From NCBI RefSeq assembly GCF_016433145.1, contig NC_058132.1:20342945-20406830 (forward strand): a stretch of DNA of 63,886 nt, given 5' to 3'. This document shows, one piece after another, positions 41,480-52,789 of this stretch. Position numbers and translations under genes: made by a program. Origin of the DNA: Gracilinanus agilis. Taxonomy: Eukaryota. Within the stretch, counting starts at the first letter, position 1; each line of letters begins with the position of its first letter. The notes below the pieces were generated by a model. The model saw only the letters and a list, made by a program, of their open reading frames with translations, searched no databases and had not been told where the DNA came from.

Positions 41480-41773
41480 CCAGCAGCCGGAGTTCCAGGG
41501 GCTCGCTGGAGGCTGACCACTCATAGGGAGCGTCGCTGTGGAAGGTGTAGCATCTGTAAGTCCCTCCCTGGGCCGCAGTGCCGGCCGGGAGGGAGAAGTT
41601 GGTCTGGGCGCCCCTTTGCTGCCTCTGGGCCGCGCCCAGGGCCACCTGGCCTCCGTCCTTGTACAGAGCAGACCTGTCGTGCCACAGCTTTGCCTGGCAC
41701 TGAAGGGTCACGTTCTGTCCTGAGGCCACGTCGAGGCTGGGCAGCGCCCGCAAGGAGGGTTTGCTGGATCCGC
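41480..41773 (-). CDS. LRC-type Ig receptor: Ig domain D2
   Basis: 294 bp, phase 1-1; SKPSLRALPSLDVASGQNVTLQC...GGTYRCYTFHSDAPYEWSASSEPLELRLL; sequons NVT and NFS. Confidence 0.95.
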
Positions 41774-42024
41774 CTGGGGAAGGAGGCGGCGGGCTTAGCA
41801 GAGACACTCCCTCCCCTCCCGGGGCCCAGGCAGAGCTGGGAGAGGGCCAGGGCGGTGCCAGGCCCTTCTCTTGGCTTGGGGCAGGGCAGGGGCGAGCCCC
41901 AGGGAGCCGCCACGTGCCGGGTCTCCCGAGAGCAAAGCTGGCTCCTGCGGAGGAGGCAGCAGCCCCAGAGAGGGGAGGCCAGAGGCGGCACCGCCTCGGC
42001 CAGGGCTCGGGGCCTTCCTCTCAC

Positions 42025-42315
42025 CTGTCACCACCAGCTTCAGGGGGTCGCTGTTCTCCGAGCAGCCTGATTGGCTCCAATAGCAGCACCTATAGACCCC
42101 CCCATGGCTGGCCGTGACAGACGACAGGAGGAACTCGGCCTCCAGGGCAGCGGCCGGAGGCATGACCATGTATTCATCCGCGTAGCCGGAGGGTCCTGCC
42201 TTCCTCAGGATGAAGAGATGAGCCCGAAGAGGCCCCCGACACCAAAGGCTCACAGGCTTGCCCTGGGGGGTCACCGAGGCGGGCTCAGCCCTGAGGGAGG
42301 GTCTCAGGGATATGC
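42025..42315 (-). CDS. LRC-type Ig receptor: Ig domain D1
   Basis: 291 bp, phase 1-1; LRPSLRAEPASVTPQGKPVSLWC...GGVYRCCYWSQSGCSENSDPLKLVVT. Confidence 0.95.
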
Positions 42316-42506
42316 CTGGGAGGGAATCAGAGACCAGAGTCCCAGCGGGTCCCCCCGAACCACCCGGCCTGCTCCTCCCCGCCGCCCCTCTCTGAGTCTT
42401 CCCATCCCAGCAGCCCAGACTCTCCCTCCCTCCCCTCCCCTCCCCCTGGGCTGCCTTGGAGGCCGTTGGCTGTGCCCGGTGGGCTGGGTTTGGGCAAAGG
42501 ACTTAC

Positions 42507-42542
42507 CCTCTGGAGCCTGCATCCTCTCTTCCAGACACAGCC
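42507..42542 (-). CDS. LRC-type Ig receptor: second leader mini-exon
   Basis: 36 bp, cctctag| and |gtaagt; LCLEERMQAPE; canonical LRC leader architecture. Confidence 0.92.
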
Positions 42543-42771
42543 CTAGAGGAGACGCTCCGGGTTAGACTGAGCTCTTCTAGAACCCCCATCCTTGCCATGA
42601 AGCCCGAGGGACAGCGGCCGGACACCAGAAGACCCGGCTCCCCTCCCCCCCTCTGGGCCTTAGTTCCCTTTTCTGTCAAGTGGGCTTTCGGGCTGGACTC
42701 GGTTTGCCCGAGGTTCCTCCCAGCTTTCGGAGTCTTCTGAGAGGCCTCGGAGCTCTGCCCCCAGCACTCAC

Positions 42772-42805
42772 CCAGGCACAGCAGGACCCGGAGTCTGGAG
42801 GCCAT
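42772..42805 (-). CDS. LRC-type Ig receptor: first leader exon
   Basis: Perfect Kozak GCCACCATGG; 34 bp MASRLRVLLCL(G); donor gtgagt. Confidence 0.93.
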
Positions 42806-42977
42806 GGTGGCCCAGGTGCTGCTGGGAGAGCAGACCCAAAGCACCGAGGCAGAAGCGGTGGTCAGGGCCAGCCCATCCCAGCGACCGGCCTGCTGCGGAG
42901 AAGGGGGCAGCCCCTTCCTCCTTGTGGCTTTCACATCATCCCCGGGGGCGGAGGGGGGAGGTAGTTGGCAGATGGAA

Positions 42978-43018
42978 GGGGAAGTAAGGTCAGAGGAAGC
43001 CCAGAATGGAAGAGGAAG
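42978..43018. promoter_or_regulatory. Cluster of three ETS/PU.1-like cores upstream of the receptor ATG
   Basis: ggggaagt 42978-42985, agaggaag 42992-42999 and 43011-43018. Confidence 0.4.
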
Positions 43019-43164
43019 CCTCAGTTTGAAGGCAACCTCTACCCCTACCAGGCTTGTGACCAAGTCCAGTCTCTGCACCTCCCTAGTTCTCAGTTTTCTC
43101 CTCTGGATAATGGGCAGGAGGTGGCTTCATTGAGTCTAGGTGCCCAATTGTTCCAGGATTGTAT

Positions 43165-43450
43165 GATTCCTTTGAAAATTTTGATTCTTATATTCTGTCT
43201 TCGAATCAATACTGTGTATCAGTTTCAAGGCAGAAGAGTAGAGAGCGAGGCAATGTGGGTTAAGAGTCATGCCCAGGGTAGGCAGCTGGGTGGCTCAGTG
43301 GATTGAGAGCCAGGCCCAGAGATGGGAGGTTCTGGGTTCAAATGTGACCTCAGATACTTCCTAGCTGTGTGACCCTGGGCAAGTCACTTAATCCCCATTG
43401 CTAGGAAATATCTGAAGCCAAATTTGAACTGAAGACCTGCTGTCTTTAGG
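43165..43450. mobile_element. Two nested SINEs in opposite orientation
   Basis: Minus SINE interrupted at about 43278-43400 by a plus copy starting ggcagctgggtggctcagtgg. Confidence 0.8.
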
Positions 43451-43572
43451 ATAGGGATTATATGATTTTTAACCTAATCCCCAAACCAGACCCTGACCCT
43501 CAGGGCTTGTTCCCTAAAAACTAGATCTCTCCCTACTTTTCAACATGGCCTACTTTGTAACCAGAGACAGAT

Positions 43573-43772
43573 NNNNNNNNNNNNNNNNNNNNNNNNNNNN
43601 NNNNNNNNNNNNNNNNNNNNNNNNNNNNNNNNNNNNNNNNNNNNNNNNNNNNNNNNNNNNNNNNNNNNNNNNNNNNNNNNNNNNNNNNNNNNNNNNNNNN
43701 NNNNNNNNNNNNNNNNNNNNNNNNNNNNNNNNNNNNNNNNNNNNNNNNNNNNNNNNNNNNNNNNNNNNNNNN
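43573..43772. other. Assembly gap (200 N)
   Basis: Run of N. Confidence 1.
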
Positions 43773-44467
43773 TAATATCTGTCTGAAGTAAATTTCTCTT
43801 TCCTGTGCCACTCTCATGATGTCATCTCCCATCACCTGGAGTGGAGGCCAGATACCACTGAGTAAACTGAGGCTAGACCAGCCGCTGAAAAAGGAGTCAA
43901 GAATATGGCAAGATCAGGAGGGCAGGATGATCTTCCCTGTAACACCTCCTAGACTGCCTCCATGGGTGGCCCAGACAAATAAAGAAACTATGGTTGGCTC
44001 CTGAGATGTGCCATGTAAGAGTTAGTGGATGGAGAAAATACTATAAGGTGAGGCAAGGAGGAAATGGAGGTCTGGGGTGTGCTGTGTATGGTGCTGACTG
44101 GACAGTGGTGGAATATAGGGCCCACAATGGAGTCCACAGATTAGTCAGCTGAGTACCTACTTTCCCCTCTCCTTCCTCCTCATCCTCCTCCTTTTGAATT
44201 AATGAAGTTATTAAGCCATAATCAGCCTCATAATGCTTCCTTCCCTCCCTTCCTTCTCATACTTTACTCTCCTTCACATATATATCTTACCTGCTCTGAC
44301 CTCCTTAGTCTTCCTGGCAAGGAGGATCCATTTCCTGTCATTCTATATTCGTACCGCCTGCCCTCTAGGCCTGGGAATCTCTTCCTCCTCTTCACTCCTG
44401 CCTAATTTCCTCCAAAACCCTGTCTTCTGCAGGAAGGAAGCTTTCCACTTCCCCACCTGCTAGTCTC

Positions 44468-45120
44468 TGTCAAAATAAATCTGGGATAGCGAGAGACTGA
44501 GGCACAAAAGGTCCAAGCTTGACTATTTATTGGCAAGGCTAGCAATCACCAATGATGGAAATCAATGGTCCCTCTGTAATGAAAGGTCCCTGACACAGAG
44601 GAGCTCTTTTACACAGTTTAGGGATTTTATGGGGTCCAGAAATGCACCCCATCCCCCAACTAAGATTGGGATTGATTCTTAATTTTGCTTAATTCCACCT
44701 GACCGTGAGTCTTCACCCATCCTGGTGACCATAAAACCCATATTAGGCCAATGTCCTTTTGTAAGAACCAAGCCCACAGCATCCTCCCAGACCAGGCACT
44801 TTCCAGAGTTCATGGTGTTATGAAGGGAGACGTAGACTTAGTCAACCTTCCAGAACATTCTCCAGAAGGTTCCTCATCTACCAGTTCCTGTACCAATGGA
44901 GTCCTGTGCTACAAACACATCTTGAGCTCAGGTTAAATCACCTGCCATCCATCTTTCTTCTCTCCCTCCTCTGCCATCTTGTTTTGCTCACTTATTGAGA
45001 GTTGGCATTAGATCCACACACTAATACTCCAAACCTCAAAGCCTTCAAGCTTAGTTACAAGATAAAATTTGATTATAATAGTCTCAGTTATGATTAACAA
45101 ACTCTTAGCTCAAGTTCACA
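44468..45120 (-). mobile_element. Probable LTR
   Basis: TG...CA ends and a minus-strand AATAAA near 44527; no TSD found. Confidence 0.4.
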
Positions 45121-45381
45121 CCTTCTGCTTTCTAGTTACCTCCCATCTCTGCAGACTCTTATGTACATCATTATTTATTCAGATATGATCTCCCTCATTA
45201 GAATGGGAGCTTCTTGAGGGCTAGGACTGTTTTTTGGTCTTTGTATCCCCATCATGTAGCAAGGTGATTGGCACAGCAAAAGCTTAATAATCCCTGACTC
45301 CCTTGACTATCTCCCTCTGTCTTTTTGGCTTTGACACTGTACTCTGGATATTCAACTAGCTCTGCTTTCATACCTCTATAT

Positions 45382-45575
45382 CAGTGATTCCCAAAGTGGG
45401 CGCCACTGCCTCCTGGTGGATGCTACAGCAATCCAGGATGGCAGTGATGGCCACAGGTGCATTTATCTTTCCTATTAATTGCTATTAAAATTTTTTAAAA
45501 TTTTTATTTCCAGGGAGCTAAGGAATATTTTTTCTGGAAAGGGGGTGGGAGGCCAAAAAAGTTTGGGAACCACTG
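45382..45575. mobile_element. hAT-Charlie type MITE (194 bp)
   Basis: TIRs cagtgattcccaaagt / agtttgggaaccactg; perfect 8-bp TSD ctctatat (45374-45381 and 45576-45583). Confidence 0.92.
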
Positions 45576-46141
45576 CTCTATATAAAGCTCTTAGAGAGCT
45601 CAAATCTCAATCTCTCAAACCTCGGGGTCCTCATATTTCCAAGTCTCTGTGTCCCAGAGTCAATACTACCAGAATTCTATCTCCATCCCCTAATTTGAAT
45701 GCAAGAAACTTATAAATGGAGCACAAATGTAAAACAAGCTTAACATAAAAAAAGAGACTTGTTATCATAATACTAAGCCAGTTGAATACTTCTCCAAATT
45801 GTCTAGAGGGGAAAATATTCCAAGAATTTCTCTCCCCTCTCCCACTTTTTGGCCTTCTTTGCTGGTTGAATTAAAAAAATCATCGTAAAGAAGTTATCGC
45901 TCCTAATCTTCCAGAAACAATGCTCGGTACAATCGGTAATGATTCAGATCACAGATTGTCTTCATCATGAACAATGATTGTCCCCAAATAATTTATTGAC
46001 CCTGATATAAATCTGTTTTAAATCAATCAGTTCTAGAAGTTGCACCATGATCCCAACTACTTTTCTAGATTATATCTTAATTAATTCAATCTTAATTAAT
46101 ATCTTAATTAAATCAATATCTATGAAATAAAGTTTGGGAAT

Positions 46142-46867
46142 TGTTAGAAAGTGTCAGATCTATCTCTAACTCCCACAAGCATGTTTTCCCTTGTTGACTT
46201 TGCTTCCCATTAAAGAGAAAATTTATTATATGTGTGTGGTAGGTCCCCGAAATAGAGGAGGGAATGGAGTGGGATGCAGAAAACCCAGAAGTTCTGGGAA
46301 CACATGAAGGATTCCTCTAAACCCGTCTGGCCAGATAAGACCATTCCAGATGACCACTGGTAAAAAGATAAAGATGGTGTGTGCATTTCACGCTTCTGAG
46401 ATCTGCAAATCTCCCCAGTAGACAACTTTGTCCCTCTTTGACCATGTATCAACCTCAAGCCCACTTCCCGAGAGTCTCCAGCCCTTGTAAATCACATGTC
46501 AACCTCAAGTCCTCCTTCCCCCAAGTCTCTTTTCCAGGAGGCTCTTTCTGCCATGTTTTCTGTCATGTACCCAGTTCTTCCCTACAACCAATAAAAACTT
46601 CATCTTTGGTTAATTTAAGCAGGCAAACTTGGGGCAGCTGTGTGGCTCAGTGGATGGAGAGCCAGGCCCAGAGAGGGGAAGTCCTGGGTTCAAATCTGAC
46701 CTCAGACACTTCCTAGCTGTGTGACCCTGGGCAAGTCACTTGACCCCCATTGCCTAGCCCTCACCACCCTTCTGCCTTGGAACCAATAGACACTATTGAT
46801 TCTAAGACAGAAGGTGAGGGTTTAAAAAAAAAGACAGGCAGACTTCTACCTGCAAATCTACCTTACA
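46142..46867 (+). mobile_element. Probable LTR containing a SINE1 insertion (46631-46832)
   Basis: gggaat|TGTTAG start, AATAAA 46590-46595, end ccttaCA. Confidence 0.5.
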
Positions 46868-47209
46868 ATCATCTCCCAAATAAATCTCTAAATTTATTGG
46901 AGTGCCTTGTGATTCCTTAGAAGTGAATTCCTAGTGAATCAGGATCGTTCTTACCCCATAATGTGTAATTATGGTTTATAATTTCCCGTGTCAAGAGCTT
47001 CTCTGAACTTTTTTTTTTCTTAGTCCCCTTGGGCTTTAATTCTACCTGGTGTCCATTTAAATAAGCTTGATTCTTTGACGTCTTTTTTCTCCCAAGTTCT
47101 TCACTTATCAACCCAACCAGACTTAAAAATTCTGGAACTTCAGTGACCATCTTTTGCCTTTTTGAATCCTCAGTGCTTGGAATAGTGCTTGGTCCCTTAG
47201 CAGACTCTT

Positions 47210-47399
47210 TTTTTTTTTTTAAACCCTTGTACTTTCGGTGTATTGTCTCATAGGTGGAAGAGTGGTAAGGGTGGGCAATGGGGGTCAAGTGACCTGCCCA
47301 GGGTCACACAGCTGGGAAGTGGCTGAGGCCGGGTTTGAACCTAGGACTTCCCCTCTCTGGGCCTGGCTCTCACTCCACTGAGCTACCCAGCTGCCCCCT
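47210..47399 (-). mobile_element. SINE1_Mdo-like SINE, full length
   Basis: 15-bp TSD ccttagcagactctt at 47195-47209 and 47400-47414. Confidence 0.93.
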
Positions 47400-49059
47400 C
47401 CTTAGCAGACTCTTAATAAATACTGATTGATTGATTTATTGATTGATTCTTAAACTTCATTGTTTTTCACTTCCTTTCTAACCCTATTGTTTTCTTATCC
47501 TTACACATCTGCATTTTTAAAGTAGTGCAATTTCCTTTAAGGACCTCAAATCCATTGCATTAACTCTGGAAGGGGGCTTTGGGCTTTGCAGAGGGAAGTG
47601 GTCAGACTTTCAGGGAATTTCTCTTTTTGTAAGACTTTCTCCTGGTTGATTTCTCACTTAAGAAGGTGCAACCAGAACTATTCTAATTCCTTCTAGAGAA
47701 TTTGGCTTTTGACTTACTGGGCAATTAAATTCCCTGATGGCATCATTCTGAGAAGCCCACTGTGTCATGGAAATCAAACTGCCTGCAAAAAAAAAGGGGA
47801 AGGTAACAACTGTTTTTTCCCTTCAAAAATATTTTGCTTGCCTCCTTTTCTTTGGCCCTTGAGGCATGCCTTTTCTTAAGGCTATTTTACTGAATGAATA
47901 AGTATGTTTTAAGCAGGAGAACGGGGAGAAAGATTAAAAACCAAAGGAAAGAGTCCTTAAGCACATGAAAAGTCTCTTCAACCTAATTAAAGACCATCAA
48001 AGTAGCAGCAATGAAAGGTCTTTAATGGAGGCAAGAAGATTTTGATCTGGGTTGTCCTCCAAGTTCTTGGGAGCCCAGGAGTAGAGGGAGTCAGGGTTAA
48101 AATAACCTCATGGAAGGGACAGCCTGGAAAAGCAGGCACTACGTTGTTTCACATAAGAACCTCAAGTCCACCACCTGGGACCAGTAGCAGTAGCCAGAGG
48201 CTGGGGAGGCTGGAGAGTGGGATCTCGCTCTTGAGCAATATGTGACTCTGGGAAGGAACAAGATCAGCTGAATGTCAGTTGCTGTATTCTATAGTCCAAA
48301 ATCTGAAAACTCCAAAATAAATTTTGAGGATTTTCTGGAGAGAATAATCATCATTTTGAATTGACCTCACACAGAGAAACAAATGTCAAATGGTTGGTTT
48401 TGCCAGCAAATCCCTCTATCATGAACCCCTGGCCTGCTCTCCTTCCCCGTGTCTTCCCTCCAGGGCTCCCGGGGCTCCTTCAAGTCCTAACTAAAATCTT
48501 TCCTCTATAGGAAGCTTTTCCTGATCTCTCTTAATGCTAGAGCTTTCCTTTTCTTGGTTATTTCCAGTTTATTTGTCTAGATCTGTGTTGGCAGACCTAT
48601 GGCATGTGTGTCAGACAGACCAGCACTTGGTCTCTAAAAGGTTTGCCATCACTGGTCTAGATGCTGCCTGTACATGGTTGTTTGAAGGTTGTTGCCACCA
48701 TTAGACCCAAGATTCCTTGAGATCAGGGATTGTCTGTTTCCTTTCTCTGTGTCCCTAGGGCTTAGCACAATGTCTAGCATGCTATAAATGGTCAATAAAT
48801 GCTTTGCCACCACAAAAAGCACAGCTATAAATATTTTTTGTACAAACACAACCAGCCACTTTCACTTCTAATTTATAGTATTCTTTAATGCTAGAAATGT
48901 GTCCAATCTGTAATAAAACAACTGAGGCAGGGCCCTGAACCTGAATCTATTAGAGGGGCCAGACTCCTGCTGAGATTTTTCTAAGGAGATCAGACTAAAG
49001 CAAAGTTTCTATAGTCATCATTATTATTTGACTCTAAAAATGCTATAAGAATAAGACAG

Positions 49060-49560
49060 CAAAAAGAAATTGGATGAATACAGCATAGGCCAAGAAGAGA
49101 CAAATGATTGCTTTTGTAGATATTTGGTTTCTTTAAAGAACCTTAGAAAGTCAGCTAAAAATTAATAGAAATAATTCATAATTGATATAATCAATCTATT
49201 ATTTATTATAAATATTTTTATCTATTATAATTATACATATTAATTTACTTAAAATAACATAAAATATAAATATATAAAATAATAATGGATAATGATAAAT
49301 AATGGTAGGAATAATTAATATTAGAAATAATTTGGTGAACCAGTAGGTCACTAAACAATCTCCCTAAATAATCAGCATTTGTTTATACTATCAATGAAAC
49401 CCAATAGAAAAGTAAGAAAATCAAATTCCATTTAGAATTGATAGAGGATCTATAAATTATCTGGGGGCTCAATTGCCAAGACCACAGGAATTATATAAAT
49501 TCATCTAAAAAGACTGATTGTAAAGACAATCATTGGGATAGGAACCAGGCCTGTGATGTC
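49060..49560 (+). mobile_element. L1 ORF2 RT-region fragment
   Basis: Decayed ttttgtagat...agaaccttagaaagtcagctaaaaa...aaattccatttaga...aaattatctgggg pattern. Confidence 0.65.
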
Positions 49561-51779
49561 ATTAGATTAGCAAACTTTAAGGTGAAGAAATGCATTCTTG
49601 CCATTGCAAGTGGGCTGCTTCTGTGCAAATTCTAGTCTAAGAGAGTTGCCTAGAACCCCAGATTTTGTTTGGAGTTATACAGATGTTATGCACAGGGGCA
49701 AGACTTGAACCAGGTCTGTTTGACATTAAAGCCAGTTCTCTATCCATTATACCATGTGTCCTCTTACTTGTTCATGGCTGGGTCATGCTAATGCAATATA
49801 CAACACAGATGAATTTGTAAATTCGGTTCCATTTCTAATATCACAGAAAATATTCTATTATCTAATACATAATATCTGATATCTATTATCATAAATAATA
49901 TGTATCATAGATAGTGTACTGGCTACTTCCCCTCTGCCTACAAACACTTATCTTCTGTCTTAGAATTGATACTAAGTTATCAGTTCCAAATCAGAAGAAC
50001 TTGAGGGCTAGGCAGCAAATGGGGATTAAGTGACTTGCCCAGGGTCACACAGATTTAAACCCAGGTCCTCCCATCTCTGGGTCTGGTTCTCAATCCACTG
50101 AGCCACCTAGCTGCCTCCTTATAAGATACACTTTTAAGGTGAATCCACATTATGGGTATTTTATCCAATGCTTTCCTAAGTCTGCACCACCAATTCATGC
50201 CCCAATTTATAGTGGTATAAATGCTTACACTGAAAATTTAGCAGTCGGCTCAAGTATACCCCAAAGAGGTTTTTAAAAACAAGGGCAGGAATTCATACGT
50301 ACAAAAGGCTTATAGTGGCTTTTATGTTGCAGCAAGGATGGAGTATTGGTAGTTAGTCACCATGTATACAGTGCTTGCTAGATGCCAGGCGTTAAGCTAA
50401 GGACTTTACAAATGTCTTGTGACCTTCATAACAACCCTGAGAGACGAGTGCTGATATTATCCCCATTTTACAGATGAAATATATATATATATATATGTAT
50501 ATGTATATATATAGCTTTTAAACTGTCCCCAGGAGTGCTGGGGTGGGGAGGATGGAAGGGAACTCTGCTGGCTAGAGAAGGAGCCTCTGATCTGCCCCTG
50601 CCCAATCTCTTCTCCCCCTCCAGAAAGGGACCAACACAAACATAGGACTGAAGCTCAGGGCTCCTCACCAGGCACCAGAGTCCCAGGCTCCACTTCCTGT
50701 CCAGTTTCCCTAACAAAATGAGATGTTGTAACAGTGCTTAGCACATGGCCTGGCACATGGTAGATGCTTAATAAATACTTGGTTCCTTCCACCAAATGAT
50801 TATGTATGAATAATGGAATCATAAGCAATAAGAGAAAGGACGGATTCAGAAAGAGCTGAGAAGAGCTTATCTGAACAGAAGCAGAGGAAAAGGAAGAGAA
50901 CCTAGACAACAATCAACATAATAATTACAACCTTGTAAAAGAAAACATTTCTTCCCAGCTGTGTGACCCTGGGCAAGTCACTTGACCCTCCATTGCCTAC
51001 CCTTACCAATCTTCCACCTATAAGTCAATACACAGAAGTTAAGGGTTCAAAAAATTAAAAAAAAAAAAAAAGAAAACATTTCTGAAAGACTTCAGAATTC
51101 TATTCAAAGCAATGACCCATCCTGTCTTAGAAGCTGATAATGAAAGATAATGAAGCCTTCTCCCACCTCTTGGCACGGAGGGATGACCGAGAAATGTCCA
51201 GAAAGAGTCATGTTTTCACACTCAATCAATGCAACCCCAAGTGGTTTTACTTGGCTACGTTTTGCTTATAAAGGAGACTTTTTATTTGTCAGGAAGAGAT
51301 CCTGAAATTGGAGAGAGGAGATCAGGTAGGAAGTGGATAGTAATGAGAAAAAGAAGAGAGGAAATAATGTCAAAGAAGCGTTTTTTTTGTTGTGTTTTTT
51401 TTTAATACCCAGAAGAAACCTGAAGGAAGTCCAGGAAGGGATAACAGGACAATATTGTCTTTAAATATAAAATTTAATGTGTATTAATTCATAACAATTC
51501 ATGAACTCAATACATATTAATTCACAGTACATATTAATATGGAAATTCATAAAATTTAATGGGTTTGAAAATAAAACAAGATATCTGTAGTAACTTGACA
51601 ATTTCACAGATTTCCCTCAGTCTTTCAGAAATGTGTTTATTTATAGATAATTTTCTAATTTAGATTCTTTTAAGAAAGATACGGCTTCTACTTCCAGGCC
51701 TGAGGAGACCATAGGACGTCCAGATTCTTCCTTATTAGACCAAATGGAGAGAATTGTGGTGAGATCTGATCTCAACAAT

Positions 51780-52190
51780 TTTGGAAAAATATCAGTTAAC
51801 TGAAGAGAGGGCAGAGAAAGACAAAATCAGTGAAGGGCCTAGAACTCATCCCATATTGGGGACAAGTGGAAGAAATTGGATGTGGTTAGTTTTCAGAAGA
51901 GGAAACAGGGAAAAAGAACTGTGTCCAAATCTCCAAAGACTTGGACATGTGAAAGAGAGGCTCCACTTGGTCCAAGTAACATTGGGTAGGAATTAGGAAA
52001 AGACAATTTAGGTTTGACTTCAGAAAGAACCGCCTTGACCATTAGAACTGTCAAGAGTTGAGGCAGGTTGTTCCCCATCCCTGGAAGTAAGAAGGAACTG
52101 GAAGACCATTTGTCTAGTACACACAGGGGATCATTTTTTAGCTTCAGGTTGGACCAGATAGACAATGGAGTCCCACTCATCTCTAAAAGT
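51780..52190 (+). mobile_element. CR1/L3 LINE 3-prime fragment
   Basis: gaagagagggcagagaaagac...gaagggcctagaa and atttaggtttgacttcagaaagaac resemble the CR1 RT C-terminus. Confidence 0.65.
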
Positions 52191-52193
52191 CTT

Positions 52194-52693
52194 NNNNNNN
52201 NNNNNNNNNNNNNNNNNNNNNNNNNNNNNNNNNNNNNNNNNNNNNNNNNNNNNNNNNNNNNNNNNNNNNNNNNNNNNNNNNNNNNNNNNNNNNNNNNNNN
52301 NNNNNNNNNNNNNNNNNNNNNNNNNNNNNNNNNNNNNNNNNNNNNNNNNNNNNNNNNNNNNNNNNNNNNNNNNNNNNNNNNNNNNNNNNNNNNNNNNNNN
52401 NNNNNNNNNNNNNNNNNNNNNNNNNNNNNNNNNNNNNNNNNNNNNNNNNNNNNNNNNNNNNNNNNNNNNNNNNNNNNNNNNNNNNNNNNNNNNNNNNNNN
52501 NNNNNNNNNNNNNNNNNNNNNNNNNNNNNNNNNNNNNNNNNNNNNNNNNNNNNNNNNNNNNNNNNNNNNNNNNNNNNNNNNNNNNNNNNNNNNNNNNNNN
52601 NNNNNNNNNNNNNNNNNNNNNNNNNNNNNNNNNNNNNNNNNNNNNNNNNNNNNNNNNNNNNNNNNNNNNNNNNNNNNNNNNNNNNNNNNNNNN
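52194..52693. other. Assembly gap (500 N)
   Basis: Run of N. Confidence 1.
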
Positions 52694-52789
52694 TCCTGCT
52701 CCAGCCAGGCTCCAAACTGGGATGTGGGGAACCTTGGAGGCAAAGAAAAGCTCGGCTCCCTAGACTCCAGCCTCCCATTGGCTGTCCTT

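Noticed and set aside
40043-42805. Assigning the symbol GP6, FCAR or NCR1
   Set aside because: D2 resembles GP6 but D1 length, the tail and the TM sequence do not; orthology cannot be established without a phylogeny
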